Shown here: positions 11,801-23,131 of the stretch, piece by piece
How the letters are laid out: each line of letters opens with the position of its first letter
Numbering within the stretch: the stretch's first letter is position 1
NCBI GenBank assembly: GCA_051294375.1
Contig: CM119271.1
Coordinates: 7,203,731-7,267,730 of the forward strand
Length of the DNA stretch: 64,000 bases
From: Paraspadella gotoi
Lineage: Eukaryota; Animalia; Chaetognatha
Direction: 5' to 3'
The notes under the pieces: generated by a model
The model's database searches: none
Seen by the model: only the letters and a program-made list of their open reading frames with translations
Told to the model about the DNA's origin: nothing
Made by a program: the position numbers and the translations under genes

Positions 11801-13514
11801 CCCTGAATCGGTCAACGGGTTTCATTTGGGCGGGGAGGAGGAGTCCATTCACGTTGTAGTGACCATGAATGAAAACTGCGCCGACCCTACCAATGCCAAA
11901 AGCTTGGATTCTAAGCCGGAAACAGAGTGGAACGATTCACCAAGCATCGACGTCCAAGGTCTGTCCGTAGTGACGCACCCGAGTCTGTTTCTCAAGCTAT
12001 CGGCTCTGAAGAACGACGCCCTCGACGAGACCATCTTGCTCACGGATGTCGTTTGCATGGGTCACTTCCTCTACATCCTGGTAGAGACGAGCATTCTCAC
12101 GAGCAAGGAAGGAACGACGAACCGCCGCATTCGAAATAAAGTCAACCGAAGAATGCGAAAGAGAATAACTCTCCCTAATTGCGCGAAGAACTTACCCGAG
12201 GATAAAGTGGAAAGAGTTCCGCCCAGTATCGTCGCCATTGCCGAAGAAGACGGTACCTCCGCCTCCGAGTCGGATGGTAAGGCTGATCTCGAAAAGCCCA
12301 ACCATCACAACGATTCCACTTCCAACCTTCCCGCGTGGATCAAACAAGAGCTGGAATCGTCGGAAGAAATAAGAAAGAATGGAAGAAAAAATGAGCCGGT
12401 GTCGACGCTGGCGCAATCTAAAGATAGTCAGTCCGAGTCCATGGACAACCTCTCCAGTGACGTTCATTCCAGCACCATGACGGAGCAAATGTCTCAAGAA
12501 TCCGAGGTCGTCGACGACGGTACCATGATTCAGGACGTAGAATACGGGGATTTATTTAATCCCGCTCAGTTCCCCAGCATCTACGCTACGGATGGTGCGG
12601 CATTCAAAGATGCTTTGCCTCTCGGCGGTGATATTCTCTCGTCGAGTTCGGGCAGCGAAGTGGGCATCGCGACGGGCATTCGAGCGATGGCCAAGGATCA
12701 CTCTCGGACCAAAGTCGCTTTCAGCGATCACAAAGTCAAATCCAAGGAGAAGCAGACCCTTTTCGATCAAAAAGTCGAGGCCATGAACGATATCTACAAA
12801 TATCCGAAACCGTCTAAAAAAACTCCAAGGCAGAACGCTAAAAACCCTTCGGAAAAGCCGTCGAAGGGCCTGCACCCAGGAGCTCATGCGAAGACAAAGC
12901 CGCCTTCCGTTCCTAGAGGGTCGGCCGGGAAGCCGACGACCGAGAGCAAAGAATCACGAAGCGGCGGCGGTGGCGGTGGCGGCGGCAAGCGAGACAACAA
13001 GCTCAGTCAAAGCTCAGAATCCCCGCCGATCTCGCGCAAGTTCTACCAGGAGATGGAGGAACGACTCGTTCGCGTGGAAGCGGAGAAGAAGGAGATGGAG
13101 GATCGCCTCAAGCGGATCGAGGCGGAGAGGGCGTTGTCGGCGGCGACGGAGCGGGAGAACAACGAGCACAAACTCCGTCGAGCCAAAACGGTCGAAGAGT
13201 CGCTGCAGGAAGAGGTCGTCACGCTGAGGAACGAGCTCAAGGATCAGGCCAACGAGTGGGAACAAAAGCTCCTGCAGCTGCAATCGCAGCTGCAAGATCA
13301 GATGCTGCGCTACCAGACGGAACAGCTGCGGATGGAGCGGGCGCGGCGTGTTGGGATGACGGACTCGACGCTGGGCGACAGCAGCAGCAGCGGCGAGCGA
13401 CCGGTTACCGTCGAAAGCGGGTACTCCACCGGAAAAAAGAGGCGTGGTCCCAATAGGGTCACTCCCGAAGCCGGCGCCAAGAACAAGGACAGCAGGGTAT
13501 GCAGCGTTCAGTGA
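8883..13514 (+). CDS. Intronless NEK8/NEK9-family Ser/Thr kinase with RCC1 repeats, extra N-terminal domain, coiled coil and C-terminal CaaX
   Basis: 1543-aa ORF; kinase ~9890-10630 (GKGAYG, ILKEI, HRDLKTSNIF, DFG, GTPYYISPE); RCC1 repeats ~10830-11730 (FSWGRNHKGQLG, YTWGTGAKGRLGHG); ends CSVQ*. Confidence 0.92.
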   Translation: MDKDADALFEERGTEGSDVSSAVDPADNDAERVSYPATIKDDGDGDVSRVTETPPARYTPVDKFPRSDSDELEDKGRDDDDEENIKHQTDEIPTALSEKSSPSPGSIPEPSPEEVVEAAVNALGTLERPSLTPSVDDGQSDVDGGDVDDGPPPRLLLISSRIKNISSIQSAMLANVFRVTFKHDLGPDEILSLIAEQLGTTKVESIAFIVPSTTTTIQVYGKEDSCFLTKESILEVKSLRGFFEMLARNHLDSSWVNARLDFLHCATALTVDGNLIAEEIRSLVNVPVGISKDINGSDISYNRIGDETREAAQVGDLYFNVTMLRSWSAHQQSLSGFEKIRAVGKGAYGTAVLYRKKDDDSLVILKEINMCDLNAGERQMALNEVRVLAMLDHPNIIGYYDTFEEDGTMMIEMEYADGGTLAQFLSTLEEAGPMSEKEILAMYSQIVGAIRHMHEHKILHRDLKTSNIFMTKEGIIKVGDFGISKMMTTNGASTVLGTPYYISPEICEGKAYNEKSDIWSLGCILYEMACLQKTFEGSNLPALVNKIVKGQFAPIKGEYSQGFRTLIRDMLQKDPEFRPTATDLLYLRIPELQIPYLDPVTDGEDDLTQSASESGGSSGVTKKKQTRSELYCIDMGSLWLTGIELPQRISVRELSSGSNHCVIVSSEHLVFSWGRNHKGQLGVGDLDDRVNPTQVEALRGKTIVRGACGSNFSVFISDNGIVMTCGDGTTGCLGHGDWNCITKPKLIEAILSVDVTALACGPHHVAVIGSNGEIYTWGTGAKGRLGHGTEEDKSTPNQITVEEPVLIKDVFCGVDGTMFLTDAGAVFACGHNEFNKLGLNNRQGFLMTLKQIFNQREVEGSLKPICVRSLMRHRVENISMGPKHSAVLDDRGTIVTLGNNEYAQLGLGNTKPQSYPTAVRGLSSKMMTDVYCEQSFTIGWTTEELFFWGGKPKSRKGQLKSSQSTSFEPPTPVPESVNGFHLGGEEESIHVVVTMNENCADPTNAKSLDSKPETEWNDSPSIDVQGLSVVTHPSLFLKLSALKNDALDETILLTDVVCMGHFLYILVETSILTSKEGTTNRRIRNKVNRRMRKRITLPNCAKNLPEDKVERVPPSIVAIAEEDGTSASESDGKADLEKPNHHNDSTSNLPAWIKQELESSEEIRKNGRKNEPVSTLAQSKDSQSESMDNLSSDVHSSTMTEQMSQESEVVDDGTMIQDVEYGDLFNPAQFPSIYATDGAAFKDALPLGGDILSSSSGSEVGIATGIRAMAKDHSRTKVAFSDHKVKSKEKQTLFDQKVEAMNDIYKYPKPSKKTPRQNAKNPSEKPSKGLHPGAHAKTKPPSVPRGSAGKPTTESKESRSGGGGGGGGKRDNKLSQSSESPPISRKFYQEMEERLVRVEAEKKEMEDRLKRIEAERALSAATERENNEHKLRRAKTVEESLQEEVVTLRNELKDQANEWEQKLLQLQSQLQDQMLRYQTEQLRMERARRVGMTDSTLGDSSSSGERPVTVESGYSTGKKRRGPNRVTPEAGAKNKDSRVCSVQ

Positions 13515-14156
13515 AAAAAAAAGACTTTTTTGGGGGGGGGGTTAAAATCTTACGGACAAGGTTTTCGCGCGCACAATGTTGACTTTTTTTACAAACGTAT
13601 TACCCACCTAATTGTTAAAGAATATTAAACCAGAAGTAATTTTATTTCACAAGGATAAAACATTAATGTGTTATGAAGTTTTGTTTTTCCTATTATCAGG
13701 GCGTTTCTTTAACTTACAAATAAAATATATATGCCAACCAGTAAAGGTTTTGTTTTCATTAATACCAAAATCAGTATTTATCTAATTGATTTGTTAAGAA
13801 TATTTTTATATATATATTTTCTTTATTACGATACATATTGGTTAATGGTCATTGTCGAGACATCATTTTTCCTGAAATTTTTTCCTCTTTTTTAATAACA
13901 CCCAATTTCTAAATTGTTTAATATATTGTTAAAATGGTTGCATCTTGAAAGGAGCCCGGAATCTTCAAACAATGTAAGAATCAAGTTGGGAAAATAACCA
14001 GGATAAAATACCAGAAGTGCGAATCTTATACAGATTCGACTGTAATGTCTTTCAGATCTTATACGTGACTAAAACGTTCACACTACTCATGTCTATGTAA
14101 ATTAAGAACTGAAACGCAGTCACTCAGTTGCACATTCAAATATCTAAAAAAAAATT

Positions 14157-14191
<35 letters not shown>

Positions 14192-14926
14192 AATAAAAAG
14201 CCCCATGTAACCATCTTCAACCGCTTCCTTTTTAATCGAAAGCTATATTTATTCATAATATTTATTTAAAAATATGGAGGAAATTTATAAAATCTCAGTA
14301 TTATTTATTATAACAAACCTACCATTGTAGGTTTTTATTTGATAACTTTGTTTGTGTTGTTATCATCTCACAAAGAAATACGAATATACTAGTCACTGAC
14401 TTAGCTTTGCCATCGTTGTACATTATTTTTTTTCCGCCCGTACTTTGTACACGTAGTTAATTAACAACACAATGTTTCCGTTTTTCGCTTTGTCCTCGAA
14501 TTGATCAGCACGCTCCAGATGATTCTATTAATAAATAAACGAATATAATTGAAAAAAAAAACAACAGATAAAACAAAAAAAACAAAAAACGAATAATCTC
14601 TCAGCTCAAGTGACTCATGTGATTATGAGTGAATCAGTCGCGAACGAAGATCACAATCGCGCGCACTTTCTTCGCCGGCCGCTTCGATGCGTTAATGGAT
14701 CGCCTCGGCCGAAAGAGGGGGCACTTTCGACCACAAGGACTCATCACTCTCGAGGGCAAGCCTCCATGACTCTTCGTGATCCGTTTCTCGGTAAATATCC
14801 TTTCGGGTCTTTCGTAACTGAGAGCCCGTTTCTGTGTCCAGACCAAAAGGAAAAGTTTGGGAGTCGCTGGCCACATTTTACACCATATTCCCACAACTCC
14901 CCCGGGGGCATACTTCATCGGCAAAA

Positions 14927-14962
<36 letters not shown>

Positions 14963-14973
14963 GCTTCTCCTCT

Positions 14974-15019
<46 letters not shown>

Positions 15020-15531
15020 GCCCCCCTTCGCCCGCCTTTCTCGTTCTTTCGATTTTCTGGCCATAATGAAGACGACGACGATGATGACGACGATGAAGCA
15101 TCGCTCGGAGGATGAGGAAGATGAAGATCTCCTCCGCGAATCGTCTAACCATCCCAAGTTCGACATTCTGCAGTGAAGCCGGTCCTCCACTCCGGTTTGA
15201 AAAGGATCGATGGAGAGCCGGGGGGGGGGAGAAAATGGGATTGTGTGAAAACATCAATCAACGTCGAACCAATCAGGGCGCACTTTTGAATTTTTTTTTT
15301 TTTTCGCGCGCGCGACCGGAGTGAATGCTCGTCGATCGCTTCGTCGAGATAAAAATCGTCCGAGGAAGACTCCGTTCTCCTCCAAACCGTAGTGGTTCTG
15401 GCTTACAAGCCTCGAAAAAGTTTTCACCTAGGCGATATTTGGTGCACACACGCCGTCGTAGATTGTTGGCCTTTCTATCTCTCTCTCTCCCTCTGACCAA
15501 AAATTTACTTTTAAACTCTTTGCCGAAGGTA

Positions 15532-15662
<131 letters not shown>

Positions 15663-15775
15663 TCTCGAGGAGAAGGAGGCCCGTCGCGCATCTCAACTCT
15701 TGATAAACGAATCAGCGATTCCATTAAAAGAAACAACTTTCCTTCGTCCCTTTAAAAATAATAACAACAACAATA

Positions 15776-15892
15776 ATGTCGTGGAACAATTACGTCGACT
15801 ACCTCGTAGGATCCGGCGTCGTTCCTCAGGCGGCAATTTTTGGCGCTCTCGACGGCGCCGTTTGGGCAAAGAGCGCCGAACTCGACGTAAGT

Positions 15893-15955
<63 letters not shown>

Positions 15956-17724
15956 TTCTCACACACACACATTTTTGCCGGCTCCCGGTTTTTCGAAATT
16001 CGGGGAAAAAACACATGTTCTGTTCTTTCGATGATGTAAAAAATACTATGTATAAATCTATTTTCTTATTCTTAGAGAGTACTGATGTCAGATCTATTGT
16101 TTTAAGACAGAACATGGAAGAGCTTTAGTTCAATTCATATAATTAGAATAAAACAACCGTGATTACTTCAAATTGATAAGATATAAAATACTACCTAGAC
16201 ATGAATTACGGCTTTTTCAAACTGCGTAAATGTTTTAAAACGATGGACGAATAATGATTCTAGACAATCCATCCATTCCTTAGCATTTGTACGAGAACAC
16301 GCGTTCAAGTTTGATCAGGAACTAAATTTATCATTACAGTCCTTACATTGATTATTCTTCGTGCAGTTACGTACGGACGAGATAAATTTCATCAAAGACG
16401 GTTTCGAACAGTTGACTCAAGGAAAGGACAGCGTTTTTGCGGCTACAGGTACAAAAAACCGAGAAGAGAGTTCGAAATTGGATTTTTTTTCGGCGTCGTT
16501 TTAGTTTTAGCGCCCTAGAAAATCTCTTGTTGGAAAACACTTGTTTCTTCTACTACCCTGTCTCTTTAAATGCAGTTGGGCATTGAAAACAGGACGTAGC
16601 AAATTATAATTAGACATTAAAGAATTGAGCCGTTAAAAAAGGGCCACGAGGATTTGCCCTCGACTTGGACCAAGTCTTGGTCGTCATTCTTAGTGAATTA
16701 AAATGTTGTAGTAAGTGGGATTTTTTTTTTGGTTATCCCGCGTGCGTGTAAATTCTGGTTGTTGATAAACATTCGTGGTAGATTGTTCGAGTCAAAAAAA
16801 TGTTTTGATTCTAAAAACGGGAAGAGTAAGAGAGAACAAAAAAAAATGAGAGAATGATATATTCAAGATATTTCAAGAAGTATATCGATTTATAAACTAT
16901 AAAGTATAAAGGGTATATATATAATTTATATATATCTTATTTTCCGCTCATCGATGAAAATTCGAGCAGAAAATATCAACATTGTTATATATATTCTTTT
17001 AAGATACATAAGCCTGCCTGAATAGGTTTATAATAATGGGAAAATGTACGGCTACCAGTTTAGTTGTCGCAAAGATTACAAGCAATAAAGTTTCAATATG
17101 CAACCGATTAACAAATGTATATTGTATATTATACAATGTATAAGGGAACCGTGATGTCGTAAAATTGTAATGTTCATTTGTTCAACGTTAGGCATTAAAA
17201 TTGGCGGAGAGAAGTTCATCGCCCTTCGATCGGATAAGATCGAGAAAAACGGACCCGACGCCATCTACACGACGATCGTGAGAAAAGGAAACAATGGAGC
17301 ATCCATCGCTAGAGTTAAAAATTGTGAGTCAAAAGAACATTTTTTGAAGTTCCGATTAAATCACGAAAAAATCGTTGGAATAGCAATTTTTATTTTTATT
17401 ATTGAACATGTTTCGACTCTTAGTGGTACATGAAGACTCGTACCACTAAGAGTCGAAACATGTTCAATAATAAAAATAAAAATTGCTATTCCAACGATTT
17501 TTTAGTTTCATCTCTAAACTATTTTAAATAGCAAAAAGAAAGTCAAAATACAATGAAAAAAAGATAGTAGCTACGAATAATCATTAAATCCTATACTTTT
17601 TATCACTCTCTTTATCTCCCAATTTCCAGGCATCATCCTCGGCTTATACACAGAACCGATACAGCCCAACGCATGCAATACCGTCGTCATGACGTGCGCC
17701 GAATACTTAGCCGCAAATCTTTGA
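15776..17724 (+). CDS. PFN: Profilin; exons 15776-15886, 16367-16448, 17192-17324, 17630-17724
   Basis: MSWNNYVDYLVGSG..AAIFG.DGAVWAKS, GIKIGGEKFIALR, RKGNNG, CIILGLY, C-terminal AEYL; GT-AG junctions in frame. Confidence 0.93.
17366..17503. repeat. Perfect 64-bp-arm palindrome in profilin intron 3 containing a 5'-truncated hammerhead motif
   Basis: Arms 17366-17429 and 17440-17503 are exact reverse complements around a 10-nt loop; + strand reads ATGA-A-GACTC-N10-GAGTC-GAAA-CATG-TT followed by AATAAA. Confidence 0.85.
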
Positions 17725-18784
17725 TTTATTTTCACTACATTAACTATTTCCAGCTTCGCCAGGCGAAAATATTATGTCAAAAGCTCTACTGACGGATTGA
17801 AACGGTAGTTTGGTTTTTTTTGCATCTTAATATTTTATCCTCGCGGAGCGTATTTAATATTTATTTGTTTTTCTGTCCGAATATTTTTTTTTCTCGCGCG
17901 CGATTAATGTTTTTTTTTTTGCAAATATTCGCTCTCGATTTTTAATCGTTGGCGTCTGTTGTTTGTATTAACTTCTTTGGCGATTCTCGCCCAAATTAGG
18001 ATCATTGATTGTAAAAAATGTGTTTTTATTTTATTTTCTGTACAGAAAATTATAAATAGAGAGGGTCTAGGAAAAAGAGATAGTGCTGAAACGTTAGATA
18101 TTAGTATTTGAAAATGTTTTTTTTTGTGGCAAAAACCGTTATTGTAAAACAACCTCGACAATGCTCTGGAAAACGTAATATTTTTTTCTTCCAAAGATTT
18201 AATCATGAATCATTTCCATCCTGAATTCTTGCCCATCTTCGATCATCTGCAAATATTTGTTCTCCTTATGATTCGTCTATCTGGAGATTCTTAAACTTTC
18301 TGGTAGGAAATCAGAAACACAGGATGCGTCTGTTATTCGAGGGCAGGCACGAACTCTGCGCAATCGGGTTTCGATAAACAACGAAAAATATTTTTTTTCG
18401 CTTTCTCGCGAAATTTAATGTCGACTCTTGAAAACAACAACGACGATGAATGCTAAAAAGACGAATGACAATTCCATGTACATAATATTCAAAAGAAAGC
18501 TAGCAAATGCATGATTTTATTTACAAGCAGTTTCAAGAACATTACATATTATAAAATTTTTTTTAAATGATAAAGAATTATCCGTTCATTCAATAAATAC
18601 TAATCTATATATGACTAATAGTCATTGATAAAGAAAATGTCATATTCAACTTAGTTTTTAGCGTTAAATGAAGTCAATTTCGGATCTTATTAACTTATGA
18701 AAAAAGAGGCCAAATTCAATGATAAATAAATCATATTCAAGTAAACGAATCCCCGCGAAAATTTAAATCTAATCAAATCTCGAG

Positions 18785-21700
18785 TCACTGGTGAGCGTGG
18801 AGCGACTCCAACGCCGCCACCTCCGCCGCATCCTTTCCAAGATCTTGGCGTCGCCTCTCAAAGTCGATGGCGTTCTGCAGCTGGAAGAGCTCCTCGCACT
18901 TTCCCACGAACATCCGCCTCAGGTCGGTGTTCCTCACCATCAGATCGTGGATACGAGTCTGGTACTTTTCGTCCACCTCGCCAACCATCTCGTGGAAGTG
19001 CTCTTCGAAGCCTGACATTTTTAAAGGACAAATTAATAAATAACTACTAATTCAAAAAAATTTGTTAAAAACAGAATGAGATTTCAAGTAAGTCGCCAAA
19101 GGCAAACATAAACAGTCTTAACTTAGCCGTTCTGAGTAACAAGGACCAACAATAACCCATTATAAACTAAAGATCTAATTCTTAAGGCTAAAATTGATGA
19201 GCGTTTGTCTTTAGAGTTCCATTGTTTTATTTAAATGTTTGTTTATGTTTTTTGTTAATTTATCGACTCTCCAATCCCGATTCCGCGTTTCTCACCTATC
19301 AGCTTGACCTCCGCCTTTGCCAGGGAGCTCTGGCAGTTTTCCAACTCTTTGGTGGCGATCTCGTACTTGACCTTCAGATCTTCCATCTCCGTCTGGACGT
19401 CCTTCAGTTCTTCCAGCGCCTTTTTTAGCCGCTCGATGTCGGCGGCGGCGCTGGAGAACCGGCGCGTGATCGCCTCCATATCCCGCTTGTGTTCGCGAGT
19501 CATGAGCTGGATCTGCTTCTGGTGCTCCTTGATCAGCGAGGCCTTCTCCGCCGTCTTCTCCGTCAGCATCTTGGCGCGGAGCTCGTGCAGCGCCGCGTCC
19601 AGCTCTTCCTGGTGCCGCATTTTGAGATCCTCCTCCCACTTGCGCCACTTCTCGTCCATGTCCGCCTTTTATTTGAGGGGGGGTGTTGGGGGAAAAGTTG
19701 AGGGTGAAAAGTGCGGCTGTAAGTTTTGAGACGGGCAATTAGGTTGTTTTTTTTTTTTTTATGTTAGTCGATCTTATCGCGTTCCGAGAAGATTATTTAA
19801 TTAAAATAAGCGTTAACATTGGAAAAACATTATCCTTTTGTTCCTTTGTTTTCTTATTGAGAAGGCGAGACTAGACAAAGAGAGGTTATAGCCTAAACGT
19901 GATTTCATGCCTTCGAAAATTCAACTGAAAAACAAAACGGAAAACTTTTGAAGAAAAAGGTTTTTTTTTGAAGAAACAAGAACGGTAATTCCAATGTGTT
20001 GCGCCGCAGCGACTTTATTTTCACGTATATTTCCCTTTGATCACATGATATAATTTTTGAGGTTGTTTTCTGTCTTAACAAATAAACAAATTATATGCAT
20101 TTTTAACATAAGTGGGACAGACATACTGACCGACCGACAGACCGACCGAAAAGTTTCTTATAGAGTTGCTCCGCGAGTACTCGCGGCGCTACTAAAAAAA
20201 GATTTTAAAATTATCTCTGCTGTCAGTTCTGAAAAACAATATAAACATTTGTTTTATTGTGAGACAAAAACGAGGAGATTCCGTCGGTTAAATTTCCGAA
20301 TCATTTCGATGTTTCGTCCGTATGACACATGCTTACTATTAGCGTCCTTATCGGTGTTCAAAGGGATATATATATCAGCATCAAAAAACGAAAAAAAAGG
20401 GGGCACAATCCCATAATCTTATCAAAACCCCGATTTCGCCAGGAGGAGCATCTCCCAATCAATCTCCCCTTAAAACTTTCTCCGCTAAACCACCCAACCC
20501 ATCCCAAAACCTCTCACGCGCCAACCCCCGAACCTTCAACTCGGCCTTGTAATTGTCGAAGGCGCTCTGGAGGAACTCCAACTCTCCCCTCAGGCGAGAC
20601 GTCGTCGCCTCTGCGGCCTCGCGCTGGGCGGCCATCTCGTCCTCGTGGGCGCGGCCCGTCCGTTTCATCTCCTCGTCGTGTTCCGTCAACAAATCCATGA
20701 GACGCTGTTGATGTCGACTCTCCGCTTCCTTCTCTTTCTCCTCCGCGCGCTGGCGGAGGCTCTTGGCGGTGTTCTTGTGGGCGAGGCGTTCCTCTTCGAG
20801 ATAGAGGTTGAGATCGGCCACCTTTGGATATTTGGGGGGGAGTTTGTTAGTTGTTGTTTACATATGGTTTTAATAACCCAGGATTTTGTTGTTTTTAAAT
20901 CCATTTTGCGATAGTTTGTGATGTCAACATCACTCAACATGTATTTTCCATTTTTTTAAATTTCAGCGACCAAAAACATTAAACAATATACATATCAAGT
21001 GTGTGTGTGTGTGTGTGTGCAAATCCCTGTATCATCGTAGATTGTCACAAAAAAAAATGCTATTCATTATAAAAATAAAAATAACAATAATAACAAAAAC
21101 TCCGACCTGCTGCTTCAACTGCGCTATGAGCGCATCTTGCACGACGATGGCCAACATCTTCCTCGCCTTCGTCCCCGCCTTGATCATCTCGGCTACGGCC
21201 TCGTACTCGCTAGCCAGGAATGCCAGAATCTCGGGGACGTTCTTGAAGGTGGACATGTTGATGGAGAGGAACTTGTGGCCGGGGCCCTAAGTTTGTGGGA
21301 GAGCGGGATTTAGGAAAACCAACTAATTGTCATTACTTGATAAATCTATAAAACTCACAACGGTCATTGGTCTTCACTTGCAGACTACATCAGTGAATCC
21401 CTTCAATCAGTCTTCACCAGATGCAGACCTCATTCCTTTTTATTAAGTCTTAACCAGATGCAGACTGTCTCCCTTATTAATCACACATAATAATCAGTCA
21501 TCACCTGATGCAGACTGTATCCCCTCATCTTCAACTCGAGCACGATGTGCGAAATATCGACATCAGATTCTGCGCCGCGAAAGATGACGTCACCGATGCC
21601 GGACCTCAGCGGGATCATCATGGTGGGCGTGGGCGTCGGGGACGCCAACCCGTCACCGCGACTCTTTCGCCCAGCGCCGCCGCCGACGCCGCGGCTGCTT

Positions 21701-22933
21701 CGCGCCTCCAGCGTCGCCGACTGCTTTCCCAAGCCTCCTCCTCCCTCCCATCGCTTGGTCAAGCCGTCGCTGGCTTCGGCTCCGGATTTGGTGACGCTGA
21801 AGAGGCTTTGGGTGCGGCGGAGTCGGAGGCGCTCCTCGCCCTCTATCTTGATGACGTCGTCGAGAATGTCGTGATAAAGATCGAGGTCTTGTTTGGCGAT
21901 GCTCTGTTTCGTGGTTTAGGGTGGAAAAAAGAAAAAAAAGAAAAAAAATAAAAACGAAAAATGAAAGAAATAAAATGAAAAGAAAATGAAAAAAAAAGTG
22001 GAAAGAAAGAGAAGAGGAAGTAAAAAGTAAAGTAAAGAGAAGGTGAAAAGAGAAGAGAAAAGGTGAAAAGAAAATGAAAAAAAAAGTGGAAAAAAATAGA
22101 AGAGAAAGTAAAAAGTAAAGTAAAGAGAAGGTGAAAGGAGAAAAGAAAAGGTGAAAAGAAAAGACAAGACAAGAAAATAATATATTGAGGAGGAAGATGG
22201 TTGTAAAAAAGAAAAAAAAAAAGAAAAAATTGTTTCATGTCAGCCTCGAATTATATTGAAATATAGTTGAAATATATATTGTGGACTAGTAACTCTAATA
22301 CGTATCTACAAACAAAACGGCAAATGACGCGTTAATTAACAACATTGTACATAATCCGTCATATCAACTAAATCAATCAATCCGATCATATAAATCAAAT
22401 CAATCCATCACTAAGACCCTAACCTCGGACGGCGTTTTCAGCGACTGAAAGATTCCGAGATCGAGCTGATCCGAATCTTCGTCGGCGCCGCCGCCGTCGC
22501 CCTCCGCCGTACCAGGGATCGGCGGGAGACCCCTGACAGACCGGCGCAGATTGGCCGACGTGACTCCGCCCGCCATCGTCTCTGAAGTCAGTTCCATCAC
22601 GGCGTTACCGGCGCCGTTACGAGTGTAGCGGAAACCGTTGCCGAGATTCTTGGAAAATGCGCCGCTAGCGGTGGCGCCTTCATTTGCGAGCAACTTGGCA
22701 CGCCGCTTTACCCGAGGCTTTACTGCCGGCGTCCTATGGATCACGACTCGGTTTTCTTCGACGGCGTCGCCACGGGTGGTCGGCCTGTCGCGACGCCGGC
22801 CCGACGACGCCGCCGAGAGCGTCGCCGAGTCTTCGCGATAAGGGTAGGCGGGATTGTCGGGTCCTAAAGGCGGAACGCGTTGACGGACTATGCCGTCCGT
22901 CTCGTACCCCGACCACTGGTTTACGGCCAACAT
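18785..22933 (-). CDS. FLACC1: Coiled-coil protein resembling FLACC1/ALS2CR12 (flagellum-associated); exons ~22933-22424, 21903-21505, 21286-21107, 20821-20534, 19665-19296, 19011-18785
   Basis: In-frame GT-AG junctions; segments NLGNGFRYTRN, LIAQLKQQVADLNLYLEEERLAH and ELEFLQSAFDNYKAELKADMDEKW resemble FLACC1 as recalled from memory (not searched). Confidence 0.65.
19975..20197 (-). mobile_element. Short non-autonomous Helentron/HINE (DINE-1-like) element, copy 1 (intron of the FLACC1-like gene)
   Basis: Minus strand: TTTTAGTAGCGCCGCGAGTACTCGCGGAGCAACTCTATA, then a (GGTC/TGTC)n microsatellite, then GCGGCGCAACACATTGGAATTACCGTT; both ends recur at 63387-63690. Confidence 0.65.
21965..22160. 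repeat. Purine-rich ~88-bp tandem duplication in FLACC1-like intron 1
   Basis: GAAAAGAAAATGAAAAAAAAGTGGAAA...AAGTAAAAAGTAAAGTAAAGAGAAGGTGAAA occurs twice. Confidence 0.8.
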
Positions 22934-23118
22934 TTTTGAGGTAAGATTTTGTAGAATGAATCTGGAAGGCGGAGCAGCGAGCGAGTCTCGGACGATTACC
23001 AGGGTTAACGGGTACTGTAACCACAAAATCAAAACTAATAAAGGACAAGGGAGGAGCTATTTTGTTTCCTTTCCCCTTTTAGATTTTTTTTTTTTAAACC
23101 GACGACCGACACGCGACT

Positions 23119-23131
23119 GTTGCTAGGCATC
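23119..23131. promoter_or_regulatory. Candidate RFX X-box upstream of the FLACC1-like gene
   Basis: GTTGCTAGGCATC, one mismatch from GTTGCTAGGCAAC, ~185 bp upstream of the ATG. Confidence 0.45.
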
